Notes: generated by a model from the sequence alone, not told the origin. Shown: positions 1 to 9,364, counted from the stretch's first letter. The stretch: DNA of 64,000 nucleotides from Candidatus Latescibacterota bacterium (GCA_965243025.1 CBDETY010000003.1:6272001-6336000); one strand, 5' to 3'. Program-made: numbers and translations.

Positions 1-982
1 AAACCTGCTGCGCTACTTCTTCGGCAACGCCGTCTACCGTCTGTCGGCCAGCGAGCGCCTCCGCGCCCGCGCCGCCCTGGCCCTCGGCAGGTCGCACAGT
101 CCGCTCGCTGTCGAGCAGTTGGCGCAGGCGCTGCACGACGCCAGCCCCGAGGTGCGCCGCGGGGCCGCCCACGCCCTCGGTGAGAGCGCCTCCCGCGACG
201 CCGTCGGGTATCTCGCCGGCGAGCTGCGCGACCATTCCTCCGACATCCGCGGGGAGGCGGCCGAGGCCCTCGGCCGGCTCGGATTGCCGGAGGGCCTCGA
301 GTCGCTGATCGCCTCCCTCGACGACGACGACCCCAGGGTCCGCATCAGCGCCATTCGCGCCCTGGCCGGCATCAAGGGGGAAGAGGTGCAGGAGCTGCTG
401 TTCTGGCACCTGGCGAACGGCTTCGACCCGCTGACCTTCCCCACCCTGATCGACGTCCTCGGGGACATGGGGGACCGGCGCATCGTCGTGCCGGCGCTGC
501 GCCGGCTGGATCAGTTCCGCTCCCCGGCCATCCGCCTGCAGCTGCTCAACGCCGTCGCCAACGGCCTCGAAGCGCGGGATCAGTTCTACAAACTCGTCTC
601 CTATGACGAGCACCGCCGCATCGCCGTCGTCAAGCGCCTGATCAGCCGCGCCGGGGCGTCGTTGAGCCGCGCCCCCCTTGCCCGGGAGATCCGCAACGAG
701 CTCGAGGGGTACTTCGCGACGGCGCTGGCCCAGTACGACCAGGCGGACACCCGGGGACTGATGGGGACCGTCGCCGCCATCGCCCGCCTGGTGCGGGCGA
801 GCGCCCCGGAGGGGGAAAGCGGAGACAGGGATGTGCGCGGCGATTTCCTCGCGGTGCTCCAGGCCCTCGAGGCGTTCACCGGAAGCGGGCCGGGTCCGGC
901 GGGCGACGACGGCCGCGCCGCCGAAGAGGTCGCCCTGGCGGTGATGTTGAGCCGCCTGGCCGCCTTCGCTGCGGAGTTGTAG
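1..982 (+). CDS. HEAT-repeat protein, 5'-truncated by the window edge
   Basis: Frame is open from position 2 (NLLRYFFGNAVYRL...). PBS-lyase/HEAT-like repeats: LHDASPEVRRGAAHALGE, LRDHSSDIRGEAAEALGRL, LDDDDPRVRISAIRALA. Confidence 0.8.
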   Translation, partial: NLLRYFFGNAVYRLSASERLRARAALALGRSHSPLAVEQLAQALHDASPEVRRGAAHALGESASRDAVGYLAGELRDHSSDIRGEAAEALGRLGLPEGLESLIASLDDDDPRVRISAIRALAGIKGEEVQELLFWHLANGFDPLTFPTLIDVLGDMGDRRIVVPALRRLDQFRSPAIRLQLLNAVANGLEARDQFYKLVSYDEHRRIAVVKRLISRAGASLSRAPLAREIRNELEGYFATALAQYDQADTRGLMGTVAAIARLVRASAPEGESGDRDVRGDFLAVLQALEAFTGSGPGPAGDDGRAAEEVALAVMLSRLAAFAAEL

Positions 983-1017
983 AGCCCCGGAAGGCGGGTT
1001 CCCGCACCCCTTCCGGA

Positions 1018-2310
1018 TCACTCCCGGGAGGTTGACCCGGAATTCGGCGCAAGATCGCGCAGCTTCCCGGCCGCGGCGGCGAATCCGGGGTCGAGCCTGA
1101 GGCTCCGGGCGAAGGCATCCTTCGCCTTCGCCGCCCGCCCGTACTCGAGATGGACGAGGCCGACTTCGTAGGCGGCCGCAGCGTCGCGAGGCCGCAGGCG
1201 CTCGTCCCGAAGCCGCGCCTTCAGCTCGCGGTCGTACTGTTTGATTCTCCGGAAGGCGGCCATCAGCTCGCTCCCCTGGCGCGTCCGGCCGCGCTGCGTC
1301 AGCAGCCGCGCCAGGGCGTAGTGCGCCCCGGCGTGGTCGCGGTCGATCCGGATCGCCTGAGCCAGATGGCGGACGGCCTCCTCGTTCCTGCCCTCGGCGG
1401 CGAGCAGCTTGCCGAGCTGGAAATGGGTTTCGGCGTCGCCCGGGTCGAGCTCCAGGGCTCGCTGCATGGCAGCCAGGGCCGCCCCGGTGTCTCCCTCCTG
1501 GGCGCTGATGATCCCGAGGTCGCGGTGGACCGCGGCGTTCCGTACTCCGAGCCCGGCGGCCTGACGGTAGGCGGCGCGCGCCCCGGGGTAGTCGGCGAGC
1601 TGCATCAGCACGGCACCGAGCCGGCTGAAGACCGGCCCCTCCCGGGGGGAAATCTCCAGGGCGCGGCGGTATGCCGCGATCGCCCCGCCCGGATCGTTGT
1701 CGAGCTTGCGGACCAAGCCGAGGTTTGCCCAGGCCTGCAGGAATTCCGGCCGCAGCCGCGTGGCCTCGCGGTAGTGGCCGGCGGCCTCCTCGTACAGGTC
1801 CTCCTGCTGGTAGAGCCACCCGAGGTTGTAGTGGGCGTCCGCGGAACCGGGCCGCAGCTCCAGGGCGCGCTTGTAGCTGGCCTCCGCCTGCGGGAAGCGC
1901 CCCGCGTCGGCGTGAACCAGGGCCATGCCGACGGTCGCCTCGAACAGTTCCGGGTTCAGGCGCAGCGCCTTTTCGAAGCACGGCCCCGCCTTCTCGAACT
2001 GCTCCAGGGCGGCGTATACCACACCGAGGTTGCTCCAGGCCCGGGGGAAATCGGGGTCCGCCTGCAGGGCGAGACGATACTGGACGGCGGCCTTGTCCAG
2101 CTGCCCCCGGGAGCGCAACAGGTCTCCCTGGCGATTGGCCGCGACGGCCTCTTCCTCCCTTTCCCTGTCGGCCTGGCGGTACCAGAACAGGGCAGCGAGT
2201 GCGGCCAGGACGAGCAGGGCCGCAGGGAGCCGGAAACGGCGGCTGCGGGAAGGGGGCTTCGATTCCTTACCTTGGGAACTCTTCCTGCGAGCGGTTTTTC
2301 CTCTGGACAT
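1018..2310 (-). CDS. Membrane-anchored tetratricopeptide-repeat protein
   Basis: ATG at 2310 (MSRGKTARR...), hydrophobic segment LPAALLVLAALAALFWY, then many TPR units (AWSNLGVVY, AHYNLGWLY, THFQLGKLL). Confidence 0.85.
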   Translation of the reverse strand: MSRGKTARRKSSQGKESKPPSRSRRFRLPAALLVLAALAALFWYRQADREREEEAVAANRQGDLLRSRGQLDKAAVQYRLALQADPDFPRAWSNLGVVYAALEQFEKAGPCFEKALRLNPELFEATVGMALVHADAGRFPQAEASYKRALELRPGSADAHYNLGWLYQQEDLYEEAAGHYREATRLRPEFLQAWANLGLVRKLDNDPGGAIAAYRRALEISPREGPVFSRLGAVLMQLADYPGARAAYRQAAGLGVRNAAVHRDLGIISAQEGDTGAALAAMQRALELDPGDAETHFQLGKLLAAEGRNEEAVRHLAQAIRIDRDHAGAHYALARLLTQRGRTRQGSELMAAFRRIKQYDRELKARLRDERLRPRDAAAAYEVGLVHLEYGRAAKAKDAFARSLRLDPGFAAAAGKLRDLAPNSGSTSRE

Positions 2311-2339
2311 CGGGAAGGCGAGGAATGTGTGTGGTCGAA

Positions 2340-4637
2340 ATGTCAAAGCGCCTGGGTAACTGCGGGATAGCGGCGCTCGCCGCGGCGGTCTGCGGTTGCG
2401 CGGCCGATCCGGAAGATCCACAGGCCGCCGGGGACGGTCAACGCGCCGGCGCCCGGTTCCAGGCGGCGCTGGAGCTCATCCACCGGGGCGAGCTGGACTC
2501 CGGGGCCGTTGCCCTGCGGCAGGTTCTGCGCGCCGACACCGCGCACTACGAGGCGCGGCTCGGACTCGGCGAGATCCTGATGCGCCAGCGGAAGTTCCCG
2601 GAAGCGCTGCACGAGCTCGAGCGGGCGGTACGCAACGAACCAGGCCGGCCGGAGGCGCGGATGCAGCATGCCCGGGTGCTGGTGCTGCTCGAGCGCCGCG
2701 CCGAGGCGCGCGAGCTTCTCGCCGCACTGGTCGAGGACTTCCCGGACCGCGCCCGCCCCCGCATGATGCTGGCCGACCTGCTGATGACCCGGGCCCCTCC
2801 CGACCCGCAGGGGGCGCTGGAGCAGTACGAGGCGGTGCTGCGGAACAACCCGGGGGACTCCAGGGCCCGCGCCGGGGCGGCGGCGTCGCGGCTCCGTCTC
2901 GGCGATTTCGGGAGGGCCGCCGAGGAGATGAGCGGGCTGCTGGCGGCGAGCCCGGGCAAGATGCATCTCGCCTTTCTGCTCGGGACCGCTCATCACTGGC
3001 TGGGCGAGCACGAAGCCGCGGTCGCCGCTTACCGCAGGGCCCTCGACTCCATCCCGAAGGAGGGGGGCCGGCCGCAGCGCATGAAGTGGAACCTGCGCCT
3101 CGCCTGGCTCGCCCTGCACGGGGACTACCCGGGCGGCCTGCCGGCCGGGTACCGGCTTCAGGTGGCGGATCTCGGCGAGGAGAGCCCGGTGGCGTTCCGC
3201 GACGTCGCCGCGGCGCTCGGGGTGGCCAGACGCGACCGCGGCCGCGGCAACGCCTGGGGGGATTTCGACGGCGACGGCGATCTCGACCTGTTCAGCACCG
3301 GCATCCAGGTCCCCCATTCCCTCTACCGCAACGAATCGGGGACGGGCTTCACCGACGTCACCGCCGCCGCGGGCCTCGGGGATCCGCGCGGCGGCTGGAG
3401 CGCCACCGCCGTCGACTACGACAACGACGGCGACCTCGATCTCTACGCGACCCGCGACGCCTGGGAGGGGAAGGCCCCCAACTCCCTCTACCGCAACCTC
3501 GGGAACCTCCGTTTCGTCGAGATCAGCCAGGAAGCCGGAGTCGACGACCCGGACGACAGCTTCACCGCCGCCTGGGCCGACGTCGACAACGACGGCCGCG
3601 TCGATCTCTACGTCGCCGAGGGGATCACCGGCGGCGGCACTCCGAACAAGCTCTTCCTCAACCGCGGCGGCCGTTTCGAGGACGGGGCGGACCAGTTCGG
3701 GGTAGCGCACCCGGGCAAGTCGCTCGGCGCCGCGTTCGGCGACTACGACCGCGACGGGGACGTCGACCTCTACGTCGCCGACGTCGCCGGGCCGAACACC
3801 CTCTACCGCAACGAGTCGGGATCAGGCTTCACCGATATCACCCGGACCGCCGGGGTGGCCGGGCCGGAGGAGGGGGGGTACGTCGCCTTCTTCGCCGACT
3901 TCGACCGCGACGGCGCCATCGATCTGTTCGTCTCCTCGATGTGCTACTACGAGCAGTTCGTCGAGTCGCAGGTCGCCGGGACCTCGGTGGGGCGCAACCG
4001 CGCCCACCTCTACCGGAACCTCGGCGGGGACCGGTTCGCCGACGTCGCCCCCCAAGCCGGGATCTCCCGGAACTTCGGCACGATGGGGGCCGGCATCGGC
4101 GACGTCGACTACGACGGCCTCGTCGACCTGTACCTGGCGAACGGGGGCCCGGTCATGCCGCGGTTCGAGCCCAACATCCTCTACCACAACCGCGGGGACC
4201 GGTTTTCAGACGTCACCGAATCGGCCGGGGTCGGCAACCTCGGCAAGGGGCACGGAGCGACCTTCGCCGACTACGACGGCGACGGCGACCTCGACCTCTA
4301 CGCCGCCATCGGCGGACACTACCCGGGCGACCTGTGGCCGAACAGCCTCTACCGCAACGACGGGCGGGGATCGCACTGGCTCGCGGTCGAGCTGGAAGGA
4401 ACGCGATCGAACCGCAGCGCCGTCGGCGCGCAGGTAACCGTGCTTGCAGGGGGGCGGCAGCTTGTTGAAGAGGTGGCCAGCGGCGGCGGCTTCGGCACCA
4501 CCAACAGCCTGCCTCTGGAGTTCGGACTGGGTGCCGCGGAGGAGGTCTCCCGGATCGAGGTGCGCTGGCCCTCGGGTCAGACGACCGGGATCGACAATCC
4601 CGAAGTCGACGGCACCATCCGCATCCGCGAGGATTGA
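2340..4637 (+). CDS. TPR + FG-GAP repeat (CRTAC1-like) protein with C-terminal ASPIC/UnbV domain; possible lipoprotein
   Basis: Signal-like N-terminus ending AAVCGC; TPRs; repeated D[FY]DxDGDxDL[YF] motifs; C-terminal NRSAVGAQV...LEFGLG...VRWPSG. Confidence 0.9.
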   Translation: MSKRLGNCGIAALAAAVCGCAADPEDPQAAGDGQRAGARFQAALELIHRGELDSGAVALRQVLRADTAHYEARLGLGEILMRQRKFPEALHELERAVRNEPGRPEARMQHARVLVLLERRAEARELLAALVEDFPDRARPRMMLADLLMTRAPPDPQGALEQYEAVLRNNPGDSRARAGAAASRLRLGDFGRAAEEMSGLLAASPGKMHLAFLLGTAHHWLGEHEAAVAAYRRALDSIPKEGGRPQRMKWNLRLAWLALHGDYPGGLPAGYRLQVADLGEESPVAFRDVAAALGVARRDRGRGNAWGDFDGDGDLDLFSTGIQVPHSLYRNESGTGFTDVTAAAGLGDPRGGWSATAVDYDNDGDLDLYATRDAWEGKAPNSLYRNLGNLRFVEISQEAGVDDPDDSFTAAWADVDNDGRVDLYVAEGITGGGTPNKLFLNRGGRFEDGADQFGVAHPGKSLGAAFGDYDRDGDVDLYVADVAGPNTLYRNESGSGFTDITRTAGVAGPEEGGYVAFFADFDRDGAIDLFVSSMCYYEQFVESQVAGTSVGRNRAHLYRNLGGDRFADVAPQAGISRNFGTMGAGIGDVDYDGLVDLYLANGGPVMPRFEPNILYHNRGDRFSDVTESAGVGNLGKGHGATFADYDGDGDLDLYAAIGGHYPGDLWPNSLYRNDGRGSHWLAVELEGTRSNRSAVGAQVTVLAGGRQLVEEVASGGGFGTTNSLPLEFGLGAAEEVSRIEVRWPSGQTTGIDNPEVDGTIRIRED

Positions 4638-4666
4638 GATGCGATAGGGAGCGCAGTCGCGCCTGG

Positions 4667-4790
4667 GTCCCCGAAACGGCGGCACGCCTGGGATGCGAGC
4701 GAGGTACCCTTTCGCGTCTCCTGAATGGCAAGGCGGGAGTGTCCGTTGGCGCCCACCGGGCAGCCCGGCAGATGGGCCGGGGGATCGGAA
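4667..4790 (+). pseudogene. Remnant of a HigA-family addiction-module antidote (HTH)
   Basis: ETAARLGCERGTLSRLLNGKAGVS matches the HigA/VapI HTH pattern; no proper N-terminus, degenerate C-terminus, no toxin gene next to it. Confidence 0.6.
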
Positions 4791-4808
4791 ATCCTGCCCT
4801 GTCCTCGC

Positions 4809-6344
4809 TCAGTCCTCCAGATCCCGCAGAACCGCCGCCGCGGCGTTGTGCCCCGGGGCTCCGGTGACCTCTCCCCCCGGATGGGTCCCGGCCCCGCACA
4901 GGTAGAGCCCCGGAAGCGGGGTGCGGTAATCGGCCCACCCGGCCAGCGGCCGCTCGGCGAAGAACTGCTCCGGCACGATGTCGAGGTGGCGGATGTTGCC
5001 GTCGGTCAGGCCGACGCGGCGCTCGAGATCGACCGGCGTGAACAGCGACCAGTCGACGAGGATGTCGCGCAGGTTGGGGGCGTACCGGCGCAGGGCGTCG
5101 ATCAGCTGCTCCCCCACCTCCTGCCGCCGCTCGTCCCACGTGCCCTCGGCCAACCTCACCGGGGCGTAGCTGACCCACACCGACATCACGTGGTGCCCCG
5201 GGGGCGCCACGGTCGGGTCGTAGACCGACGGTATCTGCACCTCCATCACCGGGCTGCGCGACGGCTGCCCCCGGCAGGCGTCGTTCCAGCTGCTCCGGTA
5301 GTAGTCCATCGACGGACAGATCTTGATCTCGGCGAGGCAGCGGGGGTCGAAGCCGTCGCCGAGGTGCGCGGAAAAGTCGGGCAGGCCGCTGAGCGCGGCG
5401 TGGAACTTGAGGTAGGCCGCCCGGGTCTTCAGGCGGCTGACGCGGTCGAGGAAACCGGCGTCGATCCCGCCCTCGGGCACGAGCCCGAGAAAGGTGCGCT
5501 TCGGGTCGGCGTTCGACAGGACGACGCGGCTGCGGTACTCGCTGCCGTCCCGCAGGACCACCCCGCGGGCGCGGCCGCCGGCGACCAGGATGCGGTCGAC
5601 CTCGGCCCCTGTCTTCAGGATCGCCCCCCGGCTGCGGGCCGAGCCCGCCATCGCCCGGGTGATGCCCCCCATGCCGCCGCGCACGAGGCCGACGTTCTCC
5701 GGCCGGTTGAGGGCCGAGGTCCTGATGTGGGCGTAGCACCAGGCGCCGCCGGGGGCGTCGAGGTCGCCGACGTCCTGGGCCTGGCTGTAGGTCCCGCGCA
5801 TCTGCTCGGACTCGAAGAACTCGCACAGCAGCTCCCCCATGCTGACCGTCAGGAGGCGCTCGAAGAAGGAGCGGTCCTCGACCGGCAACCCGGCGCGGAT
5901 GGCGTCGAGGGTCGGCGGCTCCCCGAGGTAGTAGGGGTGGATGATCGATGCGGCCCGGCGCCAGAAGGCGAGCCACTCCGGGAAGCGCTCGGCGTCGCGC
6001 CGGGAGACGCGGGCGATCTCCTCCCGGGTGCGCTCGAGGTCCTCCCAGATCAGCACGCGGCTGCCGTCGGGGAAGGGGGAGAACCGGGAGGGGTCGGCCG
6101 GGTAGACGTCGAAGCCGTGGGCGCGGAGCTCGAGGTCGTCGATCACCCGGTCCTGCAGCAGGTAGCAGATGTAGGAGCAGGCGGAGAACCGGTATCCCGG
6201 GAAAAGCTCCTCGGTGACGCAGGCTCCGCCGAGCAGGTGGCGCCGCTCGAGAAGCAGGACGTCGAGGCCGGCGCCGGCGAGGTAGCCGGAGGCGACCAGC
6301 CCGTTGTGCCCGCCGCCGAGGATTATGGCGTCGCAGTCGTTGAT
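4809..6344 (-). CDS. NAD(P)/FAD-dependent oxidoreductase, phytoene dehydrogenase-like (PYROXD2-type)
   Basis: Rossmann motif DAIILGGGHNGLVASGYLA lies upstream of the ORF-track start; C-terminal GLYLCGAGTHPGGEVTGAPGHNAA. Start placed at ATC 6344-6342 behind AAGGAGG. Confidence 0.85.
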   Translation of the reverse strand: MNDCDAIILGGGHNGLVASGYLAGAGLDVLLLERRHLLGGACVTEELFPGYRFSACSYICYLLQDRVIDDLELRAHGFDVYPADPSRFSPFPDGSRVLIWEDLERTREEIARVSRRDAERFPEWLAFWRRAASIIHPYYLGEPPTLDAIRAGLPVEDRSFFERLLTVSMGELLCEFFESEQMRGTYSQAQDVGDLDAPGGAWCYAHIRTSALNRPENVGLVRGGMGGITRAMAGSARSRGAILKTGAEVDRILVAGGRARGVVLRDGSEYRSRVVLSNADPKRTFLGLVPEGGIDAGFLDRVSRLKTRAAYLKFHAALSGLPDFSAHLGDGFDPRCLAEIKICPSMDYYRSSWNDACRGQPSRSPVMEVQIPSVYDPTVAPPGHHVMSVWVSYAPVRLAEGTWDERRQEVGEQLIDALRRYAPNLRDILVDWSLFTPVDLERRVGLTDGNIRHLDIVPEQFFAERPLAGWADYRTPLPGLYLCGAGTHPGGEVTGAPGHNAAAAVLRDLED

Positions 6345-6482
6345 GTCGGCCTCCTTGTCGATACGGTGGGCTGCGGGGATTTCGGCTTCAGGACGGCATC
6401 ACCCCGACGTGCGACCAGGACTGGCGGTCCGGGGGAAAGTTTCACCACGCCCGGGCAAAGCCCGACGCCGTGTGAAAGCAGC

Positions 6483-7010
6483 TCACGAATCCTTCTGTTG
6501 GGGAAGCAGTTCCTCGACGAGGAATTGCGTCTTCGGCGGGATCATCCGTTTCGGATAAAACCTCTCGACGATGCCGAACACGTCGTCCGGCTTCCGCAGG
6601 TGCAAATACTCGACCAGGAACTTCACGTCATCCAGGTCGTGGCCGTCGAAGCGGGCGGCGATGCATTTCATCGCCAGCATGTATCCGGCGGTCGGAGCCC
6701 ACACGCGCAGGTTCGGCAGGTCCAACAGGTTTTGCCGCGGGGGGTCGGCATGGAAGAAGGCTTTTGCCGCGTCGTTCAACCAGTCCTCGGGAACCCCATG
6801 GCGTGCGGCGACAACCTTGGCCGCAGTCCTGATCTCCTCGGCGGGCTCGAAGATCGCGTCGACGTCCTTCGTGGCGCGCCGGGCCTGAAAGACCAGGCAC
6901 ATCACCGCTCCCCCGCAGATCCCCACCTCTCCGACGACGTCCCTCTTGGCCAGCTCCTCGTCGAGGGCGGCGAAGAGCTCCCCGATGCGCTCGACGGTGA
7001 GCACGGTCAC
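6483..7010 (-). CDS. DUF6036-like nucleotidyltransferase (putative toxin)
   Basis: Pol-beta-type motif GGAVM...RRATKDVD, WLND, YMLAMKCIAAR..DLDD; GTGA overlap with the upstream gene's stop. Confidence 0.75.
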   Translation of the reverse strand: MTVLTVERIGELFAALDEELAKRDVVGEVGICGGAVMCLVFQARRATKDVDAIFEPAEEIRTAAKVVAARHGVPEDWLNDAAKAFFHADPPRQNLLDLPNLRVWAPTAGYMLAMKCIAARFDGHDLDDVKFLVEYLHLRKPDDVFGIVERFYPKRMIPPKTQFLVEELLPQQKDS

Positions 7011-7573
7011 GCCCTCGCGAGGAAGTCGGCGAGCACGAAGATGTTCCGCCTGCGGAAGCGGGCCGGAGATTCCACCAGGGCCAGCGCCTTGAGGTTCTCG
7101 ACACCGGCCACGAACCAGGGGGCCGGCAGGATACCGGCCCCAGCGCACCACCACGGCGCCGGAAGGCGGTGTTCCGCGCACAGCGCTTCGACCGTCGAGG
7201 CCAGCAGGCAGCGGATCCGATCGCTGGTTTCTGCGGCCGGGGGATCGGCCACAAGCTCCTCGGAAGGGGACCGGCGGAAGGCATCGACGAACTCGAACAG
7301 CCAGAGTTTCCAGCTTGCGTCCCCGTCCGCGGAGATCCTCCGGGAGATCCCGATGACGGAGTCGGGATCTTCCGATATCAGACGGTCCAGTCCGGCCTGG
7401 ACGACCGGGGCCGGGGTTCCCAGGGCAGAGGCGATCTTGACCAGGCTCGACAGCCGCGGATCGGTCTGGCCTGCTTCGATCATCTGCAGGGACCGGAAGC
7501 TCACGCCAGCCTGCATGGCGAGCCGGCGCTGCGACATGCCCCGGCTCTCTCTCCTGTTCCTGATTCCCTCCAT
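7007..7573 (-). CDS. XRE-family HTH protein with extra C-terminal domain (putative antitoxin)
   Basis: RGMSQRRLAMQAGVSFRSLQMIEAGQTDPRLSSLVKIASALG; C-terminal PWFV...SPARFRRRNIF; translationally coupled to the NTase. Confidence 0.8.
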   Translation of the reverse strand: MEGIRNRRESRGMSQRRLAMQAGVSFRSLQMIEAGQTDPRLSSLVKIASALGTPAPVVQAGLDRLISEDPDSVIGISRRISADGDASWKLWLFEFVDAFRRSPSEELVADPPAAETSDRIRCLLASTVEALCAEHRLPAPWWCAGAGILPAPWFVAGVENLKALALVESPARFRRRNIFVLADFLARA

Positions 7574-7588
7574 CGACAGGAAACTCCA

Positions 7589-7609
7589 TGACGCAATGTA
7601 TTGCGTCAA
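7589..7609 (-). promoter_or_regulatory. Palindromic operator overlapping a probable -35 (TTGACG) of the XRE/NTase pair
   Basis: TGACGCAAT-gt-ATTGCGTCA (9+2+9) lies 15 bp upstream of ATG 7573. Confidence 0.65.
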
Positions 7610-7642
7610 GTAGGACAGGAGATGCGGCCGGCCGGTACTGAT

Positions 7643-8557
7643 TCAGCGGGGGTAGAAGAACCCGGCCACGGGACTGTACCCGTGCCGCCGCCGGCCGGGC
7701 AGCGGAAGGGCTTCGACCAGGAACGGGTGCAGGTCCCCGGTCAGCAGGGGGACAAGCAGCTCCGCGGTTGCCGGTTTCTTCGAGCGCGCCGCGACGTGGA
7801 GGGGATGGCCGCGGTCGAGGTCGAGCCGCCGCGAAACGGCCAGCCCGCGGTCCTGGAAGGAAGCCGAGGCGACGAAATACCGCATCCCCAGGGTCCGTTC
7901 CTGCTGCAGGGGTTGCCGCCGCCGCGGGCCGGGGGCGCACTCGAAACGGGCCAGCCCGCAGCACTCGAGGTCGCTGGCGACCATGCGCAGGCAGACCTCC
8001 TCGGGCCAGACCCCGTAGCGGGCGCACAGGTCGGCCACCCTTTCGGCGCCGAAGCCGCCCTCGACGAGATCGGCCTCGAAGAGGTCGGCCGGCATCAGGA
8101 ATTCGAGGGCGGCGGCGTCGCACAGTCTCTCCAGCCGACCGTCCGGCTCGAACAGCCGGGGCCTGCGGCGGCTCAACAGGGGATTCTCCCGGAAATCGGG
8201 AAACAGGGTGTGGGCGATTTCGTGGAAGAGGTTGAAACGGGTGCGCGCGTCCCCGCCGTCCCGGTAGAGGATCGTCGGCCTGTCCCGGGACCGGCAGAGC
8301 AGTGCCGGGTGGGGGGAGGCGGACGGGGTGTCCATCCTGACGCAACGGATCCCCAGGGCCTGGGCCACCAGCAGCGGGTCGTACGGCGGCGGCGACCAGT
8401 CCGGATCGACGCGGCGCAGCAGATCCTCCGCCTCGGCCAGGGCGGCGCGCGCCCTGGCGCGGACCATGTCGAGGGCGGCCCGCTCCTCCGCCTGTTCCCG
8501 CCCCGGGGCTCCGGGGCCCGCCCCGAGGGCAGTCGCCCGCCCCGGCGTCTCAGCCAT
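7643..8557 (-). CDS. ImmA/IrrE-family metalloendopeptidase
   Basis: RTRFNLFHEIAH (HExxH), ERLCDAAALEFLMP; about 300 aa, consistent with IrrE/CapP peptidase-HTH-GAF architecture. Confidence 0.85.
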   Translation of the reverse strand: MAETPGRATALGAGPGAPGREQAEERAALDMVRARARAALAEAEDLLRRVDPDWSPPPYDPLLVAQALGIRCVRMDTPSASPHPALLCRSRDRPTILYRDGGDARTRFNLFHEIAHTLFPDFRENPLLSRRRPRLFEPDGRLERLCDAAALEFLMPADLFEADLVEGGFGAERVADLCARYGVWPEEVCLRMVASDLECCGLARFECAPGPRRRQPLQQERTLGMRYFVASASFQDRGLAVSRRLDLDRGHPLHVAARSKKPATAELLVPLLTGDLHPFLVEALPLPGRRRHGYSPVAGFFYPR

Positions 8558-8963
8558 GGCGGCCCCCGGTGGTCTCCTTGAGAATCCCGTAGACCAGGGC
8601 CCACTGCTCCTTGGTGGCCGGTCTTCCGCCCTTGAGCTGCACCACGGACAGCGACTCGATCTCCTCCGGTTCCAGGGGGGAGCCGAGCCGCTTGCGCTCG
8701 TTGATGAAGGCGCGCAATCCCTCGTTCACCTCCGGCTGAATCGAGGTCGCGGGGTTACCGGAGCGCTCCTTGCCCATCAGATCGGCGATCGTCACCCCGA
8801 GGGCGTCGGCGATCTTCCACAGGGTCTCGGCTCCCGGCCGCTTGCTGTTGCCGCTTTCGATCTCCCACAGAAAGGCCTTGGAAACCCCGGCCCGGGAGGC
8901 GAGCTCGGGCAGGGTCAGACTGCGTAACTGTCTGTAATTCTTGATGTTTTCACCGATGTCCAT
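8550..8963 (-). CDS. XRE-family transcriptional repressor
   Basis: LTLPELASRAGVSKAFLWEIESGNSKRPGAETLWKIADALGV; overlaps the peptidase start. Confidence 0.9.
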   Translation of the reverse strand: MDIGENIKNYRQLRSLTLPELASRAGVSKAFLWEIESGNSKRPGAETLWKIADALGVTIADLMGKERSGNPATSIQPEVNEGLRAFINERKRLGSPLEPEEIESLSVVQLKGGRPATKEQWALVYGILKETTGGRHG

Positions 8964-9025
8964 GTTGCCGTCTCCGGCGGGATGTCAGCGGCGGCAAAAC
9001 CCGGTCCGCCGCCGGTATGGGAAGA

Positions 9026-9160
9026 AGGGTACTGCCGGGAGGTTAACAATCGCAAACCGAAAATCGATTCCGGTCCGCGGAAAAGAACCATTGCCGATGC
9101 GTCATTGATAGCGTACTATTTTCATATCAGTTCGCTATAGCGAACCTCAAACAAGGGAGG
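9026..9160. promoter_or_regulatory. Divergent sigma70 promoters with 16-bp operator(s)
   Basis: Rightward TTGCCG(9091)-17bp-TACTAT(9114); leftward TTGCGA(9055)-18bp-TACCCT(9031); perfect palindrome GTTCGCTATAGCGAAC at 9130-9145; RBS AAGGGAGG at 9153-9160. Confidence 0.7.
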
Positions 9161-9169
9161 CAATAGTTC

Positions 9170-9364
9170 ATGGTCAAGGTCGAGCGTGAGCGGATCGAGC
9201 TGGCAGCGAGGATCTACCGCACGAGCAAGGATGCGGGAACGGCGCTCGGGATCGCGCCCCAGAGCTTCTCCCGGCTGTGCCGGACCTACGGGATCCTCAC
9301 CCCCGCTGCGAGGCGGCGGAACCGCCGGGCGGGGCGGGGCGCTTCGAGATCCGCGGGGGAGTGA
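9170..9364 (+). CDS. Small basic HTH protein (Cro/Fis-like)
   Basis: Strong promoter and RBS; KDAGTALGIAPQSFSRLCRTYGI is an HTH-like pattern. Confidence 0.7.
   Translation: MVKVERERIELAARIYRTSKDAGTALGIAPQSFSRLCRTYGILTPAARRRNRRAGRGASRSAGE

Noticed and set aside
7643-9364. Prophage or ICE immunity region
   Set aside because: No integrase, replication, conjugation or structural genes in the window.
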